A DNA stretch of 64,000 nucleotides, taken from contig CANKBT010000001.1 of NCBI GenBank assembly GCA_947479995.1, forward strand, positions 25,313-89,312. The letters run 5' to 3'. The position numbers and the translations under genes were made by a program. Source of the stretch: Frankiaceae bacterium (GTDB lineage Bacteria > Actinomycetota > Actinomycetes > Mycobacteriales > SCTD01). The notes beneath the pieces are model-generated. The model was not told the origin of the DNA. It saw only the letters and a program-made list of their open reading frames with translations, and ran no database searches. This document shows positions 58,308 through 64,000 of the stretch, piece by piece (positions within the stretch are counted from its first letter, which is position 1; the number at the start of each line of letters is the position of its first letter).

Positions 58308-60547
58308 GCGCGCTCGAGCGGCTGGGCCGCTGGTGCGCCGCGCACGGCTGGCCGGTGGTCCTGGTCTGGGTGCAGGTGCTGCTGCTGGTCCTCGGGCTCG
58401 CGGTGGCCGGGGCTCGAGCACGAGCGACGACTTCACCGTGCCGGGCTCGGGCAGCAGGCAGGCGCTGGACCTGCTCAACGAGCGCTTCCCCGCCCGAGCG
58501 GGGGTGCAGGGCCTGCTGGTCGTCAAAGTCGAGGACGGCGACCTGCAGGCGCCGGGCCCCCGGGCCGCCGTCGGCGCCGTTGCGGAACGGCTCGCGGCGG
58601 AGCCCGGTGTCAGCTCGGTCGTCCTGCCCGAGGACCAGCGCGCCGGCGGCAGGATCAGCGCCGACGGCAAGACGGGGGTGCTCGTCTTCGCCCTGGACAA
58701 GGCGCCGGGCGAGGCAGCGCCAGGTGACGTCGAGCGGGTCCTGCGGGCGGCGGCGCCCGCGCGCGCGGCGGGCCTGCAGACGGAGGTCGGCGGAGCGGTC
58801 GCCGTCGCGGCCAGCCGCCCGGAGACCGGCGCGGCAGAGCTGGTCGGGCTGACCGCCGCCGCCCTGATCCTGCTCGTCGCGTTCGGCTCCGCCGTGGCGA
58901 TGTCGCTGCCGCTCGTCACGGCGCTCGTCGGGCTCGGCATCGGCCTGGCGGCGCTCAGCGCGCTGGGTTCGGCGCTGGACATCCCGGCGGTCGCCCCCAG
59001 CCTCGCCACGATGATCGGGCTCGGTGTGGGCATCGACTACGCCCTGTTCGTGGTCACGCGCTACCGGACGCAACTGGCAGCGGGGATGCCGGTGCCGGAC
59101 GCAAGCGCCCGCGCCACGGCGACCTCCGGGGCCGGCTGTCGTCTTCGCCGGCGTCACCGTCATGATCGCCATCTGCGGCCTGGCGATCGCGGGGGTGCCC
59201 CTGATCGCCGCGCTCGGCTACGCCACCAGCCTCGTCGTCGCCCTGGCCGTGCTCGCCGCGATCACCCTGCTGCCCGCCCTGCTGGGCCTGCTGGGCCCGC
59301 GCATCGACCGGCTGAGGCTCCCGGGAACCGGTCGCGGCAACCGCAACGGGTGGCAGCGGTGGTCGCAGAAGATCGCCCGCCACCCTTGGGCGGCCGTCGG
59401 GCTGAGCCTGGCTGTCCTGCTCGCGCTGGCCGCGCCGGCACTGAGCCTGCGCCTCGGGCAGCCGGACAGCGGCAGCGCCTCGACCGGCACCACCGAGCGA
59501 CGGGCGTACGACCTGCTGGCGGCGGGCTTCGGGCCGGGCACCAACGGCCCGCTGCTGCTCGCGGTCGAGCTGGCTGAGCCGGCCCGCCCCGGTGCGGCGT
59601 CGGGAGCGGACAGGACGCCGTCTGCCGACCTTAGGGGCAGCGATCCGCGCCTGGTCCGGCTCGTCACCGGGCTCGGCGAGTTGCCCGGCGTGGCAGACGT
59701 GGCGCCGCCGGTGGTCGGACCCGACGGGCGGGCTGTGGTGATCGCGCTCGTCCCGACGACCTCGCCGCAGGACCCCCGTACCGCCACGCTGATCGACCGG
59801 CTGCGCGAGGACGTCCTGCCCGTTCTCGCTGCGCCGGGCGACCGCGTCTACGTCGGCGGCCAGACCGCCATCTTCGTCGATCTCGCCGACCGCGTCGCCC
59901 AGCGGCTGCCCTGGTTCATCGGCGCGGTCGTCCTGCTCTCCTGTCTTCTGCTGACCCTGGTCTTCCGGTCCCTGCTCATCCCACTGCAGGCCGCCGTCAT
60001 GAACGTGCTCTCGATCGGCGCCGCTCTCGGCGTTGTCGTGGCGGTGTTCCAGCAGGGCGTGGGGCTGGGCCTGGTCGGACTCGAGGAGACCGTCCCGATC
60101 ATCAGCTTCGTCCCGCTGATGATGTTCGCCATCCTGTTCGGCCTGTCCATGGACTACCAGGTCTTCCTGCTCTCCTCCGTACGGGAGGCGTGGCTGGACA
60201 GCGACGACAACCAGGAAGCCGTCACCACCGGACTGGCCGCGACCGGCCGGGTGATCACCTCAGCAGCGCTGATCATGATGGCGGTCTTCGGCAGCTTCGT
60301 CCTCAGCGACGACCCGTTGTTGAAGATCTTCGGGCTGGGGCTGACCGTCGCGATCCTGCTCGACGCGACAGTCGTGCGGTGCGTGCTCGTCCCGGCGGTG
60401 ATGGTGCTGTGTGGACGGGCGAACTGGTGGTTGCCGTCGACGCTCGGCCGGCGCCTCCCGCGGTTCGACCTCGAGTCCGCGGGAGCCGCCACGCGCGATC
60501 CCGCTCCGTCCACGACGGCGATCAGTGCCATGCCGGAGAACCCCTGA
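58304..60547 (+). pseudogene. MMPL/RND-family transporter carrying two compensating single-base frameshifts
   Basis: The GTG at 58304 overlaps the upstream stop (GTGA). Segment 1 (VSALERLGRWCAAHGWPVVLVWV...LAVAG) runs to the GGGG at 58409-58412. Segment 2 is in another frame (SSTSDDFTVPGSGSRQALDLLNERFP...GIDYALFVVTRYRTQL) and runs to the GGGG at 59128-59131. Segment 3 returns to the first frame (AVVFAGVTVMIAICGL...LSMDYQVFLLSSVREA). Confidence 0.8.
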
Positions 60548-60721
60548 CCTGACCCACCGGCGGCTGGGTAGTGGCTGGAATCGCTGCGGGACGGGATCCG
60601 CACCGCGTCGCGTGGTGCCAGCGTGGTGGCCAGCTGCAGCCGTCCAGCGCCATTCGTCGTCGTCCGCCGGAGTCGCCATACCTCCCCTGACCTGCGGTTA
60701 TGTACTTCGGCGGACCAGCCC

Positions 60722-60784
60722 GGACAGACCTTGATCACGCTGGCAGTGTGGGGGTCAGGGGTTCGAGTCCCCTCAGCTCCACCC
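60722..60784 (+). ncRNA. ssrA: Orphan 3'-terminal fragment of tmRNA (ssrA): T-arm, acceptor 3' strand and ACC
   Basis: AGGGG-TTCGAGT-CCCCT (60757-60773), then CAGCTCC-A-CC (60774-60783). This is the tmRNA-type acceptor end (it pairs with 5'-GGGGCUG). No matching 5' strand, tag ORF or pseudoknot region is evident upstream. The left boundary is uncertain. Confidence 0.5.
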
Positions 60785-60790
60785 GCGACA

Positions 60791-60818
60791 GGGCCTCCGA
60801 CCACACGGTCGGGGGCCC
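60791..60818 (+). terminator. Hairpin immediately after the tmRNA-like 3' end
   Basis: 12-bp stem GGGCCTCCGACC/GGTCGGGGGCCC (one G-U pair) with loop ACAC, starting 7 nt after the ACC. Confidence 0.45.
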
Positions 60819-61171
60819 TCGTGCGTGGCGGCGCCGGTGCGGCACCGGCACAGGAGTGCCTCACGAGCCTCTTGCTGCGGCGCCGGGCGTTGGCAGCGGC
60901 GGGCCTGCCCCGACGGCGACCGTCCCCATGCCCTGTCGGGGCAGCGCGACAACGCCGCAATCGCGATCAGGCTGTCCACAGACTGCGTGCGTGAGGCACT
61001 CCCCATGCTGCGCTTGAGTCGTCTCACAAGCGAGCTTGACGAAATGGCGCGAGAACGACTCTCAGTGGACTTCACAGTGAGGAGGAGCTCTCGGCCGCAG
61101 GATCGGCCGCCTCGCGCGTCCTGCCTCGCGAAGCTGCCACACATGCCAGTAGTGGTCGATAGCGTCACCCC

Positions 61172-64000
61172 GTGTCCCTCGCCGCCGATCTCCGCCCGGT
61201 CGCCGACCTCCCCTCCGTCGGTCAACTCGTCAGCGTGAGAGCCCGCAACTGGGTCGTGACCGACGTCCAGCCCAGCGCTCTGCCGTACGACGTCGCGGGC
61301 ATCGGTCAGGCGGAGGGGGCGACCTTCGTCAGCCTCAGCAGCGTCGAGGACGACGGGCTGGGGGAGGAGCTGCGCGTCCTGTGGGAGCTGGAGTCGGGGC
61401 GGCGGGTCCTGAACCGCGCCACCCTCCCGGACGTGGGCGAGGGGCGCTTCGACGACCCGGCCCAGCTCGGCGCCTTCCTCGACGCACTCCGCTGGGGCGC
61501 GGTCACCAGCGCCGAGACCACCGTCCTGCAGGCGCCGTTCCGGGCGGGCATCGCGGTCGAGGACTACCAGCTCGAGCCGGCCATCCGTGCCTTGCGCCTG
61601 CCCCGCGTCAACCTGCTGGTCGCTGATGACGTCGGTCTGGGCAAGACGATCGAGGCCGGCCTGGTCGTCCAGGAGCTCCTGCTCCGCAGCCGGGTCCGCC
61701 GGGTCATGGTGGTCTGCCCCGCGCACCTGACAGACAAGTGGCACGACGAGATGCTCGACCGGTTCGGCCTGGACTTCACGGTCGTCAACAGCGACACCGT
61801 CAGTCAGGTCCGTCGCGAGCGAGGTCTGCACGCCAACCCGTTCAAGGTCTACCCCTACACGATCGTGAGCCTGGCGTGGCTGCGCGGGCCCAAGGCGGGC
61901 CGTCTGCTCGACGAGGTGCTGTCGCACGGCGGTCCCGGGCGTGCCCGGCCGCTCGACCTGCTCATCGTCGACGAGGCGCACCACGTCGCGCCGCCCGGCA
62001 AGGGCCAGTACGCCGTCGACAGCCAGCAGACCAAGGTTGTCAAGCGGCTCGCCGACCAGGCCGAGCACCGGCTGTTCATGTCCGCGACGCCGCACAACGG
62101 CTACGCCGAGTCCTTCACCGCCCTGCTGGCGATGCTCGACCCGCAGCGCTTCGCCCGGGGGGTCGTGCCGGACCCGGCGGCGCTCAAGCAGATCCTCGTC
62201 CGCCGGCTGAAGACCGAGATCACCAACGCCGACGGCAGCCCGCGCTACCCGGCACGTGAGGCCAAGGACATCACCGTCACCTACCCCGAGGTCGAGCTGC
62301 AGGTCCAGCAGCTGCTCGCCGACTACACGCGAGCGCGCTCCGCCAAGGCCGCAGCCGCCCGCGCCAAGGCGAAGAAGGCAGGCATCGACCTGCTCGGCCT
62401 GCTGCTGAAGAAGCGCTACTTCAGCAGCCCAGCGGCGTTCAGCAGCACGATCCTGCAGGTCCGCGAGAACACGTTGCGCCCCGACCTGCAGTGGCCCAGC
62501 GACGACTACGCCATCGAGATCGACACCGATTACGCCCACGGCCTCGACGAGGACCGCCAGCAGCTGCTCGACGGCGACTTCTACGACGATGACGCCGTCG
62601 ACGCCGCCGAGCAGGAGGCACTCGCCAAGGCCCAACGCGCGGCAGGCGAGGCGGACGAGCGGGAGGCAGAGCTGCTGCAGCAGCTCTGCGCCTGGGCCGA
62701 GCAGCACGGACACGAGACGGACGCCAAGGCCCGCGCCCTGCTCGACTTCCTGCGCGCCACCTGCCTGACCGACGGCGCCTGGAACGACGAGCGCGTCGTC
62801 GTCTTCACCGAGTACCGCGACACCCAGACCTGGCTGCTCGACCTGCTCGAGCGCCACGGCCTCGCGGAGCCCGGCCGGGTCGAGCTGCTGTACGGCGGCA
62901 TGGACGACGACAAGCGCGCCGCCGTCATGCGCGCCTTCCAGCGCGACCCCGAGCAGCACGCGCTGCGCATCATCCTGGCCACCGACACCGCCAGCGAGGG
63001 CGTCGACCTGCAAACCTACTGCCACCGGCTGGTCAACTACGATCTGCCGTTCAACCCGAACCGCATGGAGCAGCGCGCCGGCCGCATCGACCGGTACGGG
63101 CAGAAGCACGTGCCGCTCGTCTACCACTTTGCCGGCAGCGACTGGCAGACCGCGAGCCAGGACAGCCTGCAGGGCGACCTGCAGTTCCTCATCATCATCG
63201 CGCGCAAGATCGCCACGGCGCGCGAGGACCTCGGGAGCGTCAACCCCGTCATCAGCGACGCCGTGGAGCGCCGCATGCTCGGCCGGCCTGCCCGTGACTT
63301 CGACGTCGACCGGACCCTCGCGAAGGCCAAGGCCGACCCCGCGCTCAAGGTGGAGCGGCAGCTGCGCGAGGAGACCGCCCGGCTCGCCGCCACCCTCGAC
63401 GACAGCCGGCGCCAGCTGCACTGCTCACCGGCTGACATCGAGCGCGTCGTCCGCACCGGCCTGGCACTCGGTCGCCAGCCCGACCTCACGCCCGAGGACC
63501 GCGACGGCCACACCGTCTTCCACGTCGGCACCCTCACCGGCTCCTGGGCGCGCAGCGTCACCGACCTCACCGACCCCGACTACGGCCAGCGCCCCATCTC
63601 CTTCGACCCGGCGTACGCCGCTACCCGCCCCGACGTCGTCCTCGCCCACCTCAACCACCGCCTGGTCGCGATGGCGACCCGCCTGCTCCGCGCCGAGGTC
63701 TGGGGCAGCGACCGCAGCAGCCTCGCCCGAGTGGCCAGCATCCGGGTCGAGGGTCTGCAGACCGAGGTCCTCGCGGCCTACAGCCGCCTCGTCCTCATCG
63801 GCGCCGACGGCCAGCGACTGCACGAGGAGCTCGTCCCTGCCGGCGGCCTGCTGCGCGACGGCTCCTTCAACCGCCTGGGCGTCGGAGACCTCGCCGCCAG
63901 CCTCGACGCCGCCCTCGGCCCGGACGCTCGCCCCGCCGCAGCCGGGGAACAGGCCCGCCAGGCGCTCGTCGCTGCCTGGCCGAGGGTCAGCGGCAACCTG
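61172..64000 (+). CDS. SNF2-family helicase, DrmD-like (3' end lies outside the window)
   Basis: This is not in the ORF track because it has no stop. An in-frame TAG lies at 61160-61162 and the first start is GTG 61172. The frame then stays open for 943 codons to position 64000. Motifs: VADDVGLGKTIEAG (I), LLIVDEAHHV (II), MSATPHNG (III), ILATDTASEGVDLQ (V) and NPNRMEQRAGRIDRYGQ (VI). It has an N-terminal domain of about 150 aa (GQLVSVRARNWVVTDV...LRVLWELE...ALRWGAVTSA) and a long C-terminal extension. The confidence value is for the SNF2 call; the DrmD assignment is about 0.45. Confidence 0.8.
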   Translation, partial: MSLAADLRPVADLPSVGQLVSVRARNWVVTDVQPSALPYDVAGIGQAEGATFVSLSSVEDDGLGEELRVLWELESGRRVLNRATLPDVGEGRFDDPAQLGAFLDALRWGAVTSAETTVLQAPFRAGIAVEDYQLEPAIRALRLPRVNLLVADDVGLGKTIEAGLVVQELLLRSRVRRVMVVCPAHLTDKWHDEMLDRFGLDFTVVNSDTVSQVRRERGLHANPFKVYPYTIVSLAWLRGPKAGRLLDEVLSHGGPGRARPLDLLIVDEAHHVAPPGKGQYAVDSQQTKVVKRLADQAEHRLFMSATPHNGYAESFTALLAMLDPQRFARGVVPDPAALKQILVRRLKTEITNADGSPRYPAREAKDITVTYPEVELQVQQLLADYTRARSAKAAAARAKAKKAGIDLLGLLLKKRYFSSPAAFSSTILQVRENTLRPDLQWPSDDYAIEIDTDYAHGLDEDRQQLLDGDFYDDDAVDAAEQEALAKAQRAAGEADEREAELLQQLCAWAEQHGHETDAKARALLDFLRATCLTDGAWNDERVVVFTEYRDTQTWLLDLLERHGLAEPGRVELLYGGMDDDKRAAVMRAFQRDPEQHALRIILATDTASEGVDLQTYCHRLVNYDLPFNPNRMEQRAGRIDRYGQKHVPLVYHFAGSDWQTASQDSLQGDLQFLIIIARKIATAREDLGSVNPVISDAVERRMLGRPARDFDVDRTLAKAKADPALKVERQLREETARLAATLDDSRRQLHCSPADIERVVRTGLALGRQPDLTPEDRDGHTVFHVGTLTGSWARSVTDLTDPDYGQRPISFDPAYAATRPDVVLAHLNHRLVAMATRLLRAEVWGSDRSSLARVASIRVEGLQTEVLAAYSRLVLIGADGQRLHEELVPAGGLLRDGSFNRLGVGDLAASLDAALGPDARPAAAGEQARQALVAAWPRVSGNL

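Noticed and set aside
60690-60784. A complete tRNA gene ending at 60784
   Set aside because: The T-arm and acceptor 3' strand are present. However, no complementary 5' acceptor strand (GGAGCTG or GGGGCTG), D-arm or anticodon arm can be placed 70-95 nt upstream.
60400-60784. A complete tmRNA gene
   Set aside because: There is no 5' GGGGCUG-type start. No tag-like ORF ends in hydrophobic ..AA-stop; the only candidate frame ends ...ESPYLP. A normal-length tmRNA would overlap the MMPL coding region by more than 100 nt. Some resemblance further upstream (GGGATCC..ACCG) was too weak to count.
60773-63421. 882-aa minus-strand ORF, the longest ORF the track lists in this region
   Set aside because: Its translation is a low-complexity Arg/Gly/Val/Asp-rich sequence with no motifs. 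It lies exactly antisense to a + strand frame that encodes a complete set of SNF2 helicase motifs. It is a high-GC shadow ORF.

Overview
This is a very G+C-rich chromosomal window that looks actinobacterial: it has Mce, MMPL, a mycothiol-type DinB/TIGR03084 gene, an LPXTG protein, and many GTG starts with 4-nt start/stop overlaps. Most of it is lipid and fatty-acid metabolism and envelope transport. In order it contains: yrbEA/B-mceA-F plus two Mce-associated membrane proteins (1-9414); MerR; an FprB-like/AurF-like pair; an SDR+BVMO pair; a heptad-repeat MMPL (frameshifted); a coupled FadD-ACAD-MBL-PlsC operon; fadE-fadA-fadB; an MFS; a TetR+MMPL pair; three secreted or surface proteins (S15 peptidase, an amidohydrolase-like protein, an LVIVD/LPATG propeller); a DHA2 MFS; a decayed aldo-keto reductase relic; an 8-gene Atu/Liu-like carboxylase operon; and a TetR-thioesterase-BtrH-like-MMPL operon. 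No rRNA, complete tRNA, CRISPR array, transposase or integrase was seen. Three observations stand out. (1) At the right edge, an orphan tmRNA 3' end fragment with a hairpin (60.7-60.8 kb) is followed by a 943-codon open-ended SNF2 helicase ORF (61172 to the window end). The ORF track does not list it, and it looks like the first gene (DrmD-like) of a defence locus that continues beyond the window. (2) A 50-bp operator architecture (four GTGAC-type pentamers on a 15-bp period) recurs in front of three adjacent minus-strand units (MMPL, BVMO/SDR, AurF-like/FprB). (3) Five single-base frameshifts interrupt otherwise intact genes, and four of them lie in G/C homopolymer runs. This points to assembly error or very recent decay. 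Many long ORFs in the track are antisense or off-frame shadows typical of high-GC DNA and were rejected. No computations or database searches were run, so all family calls rest on motifs read by eye.
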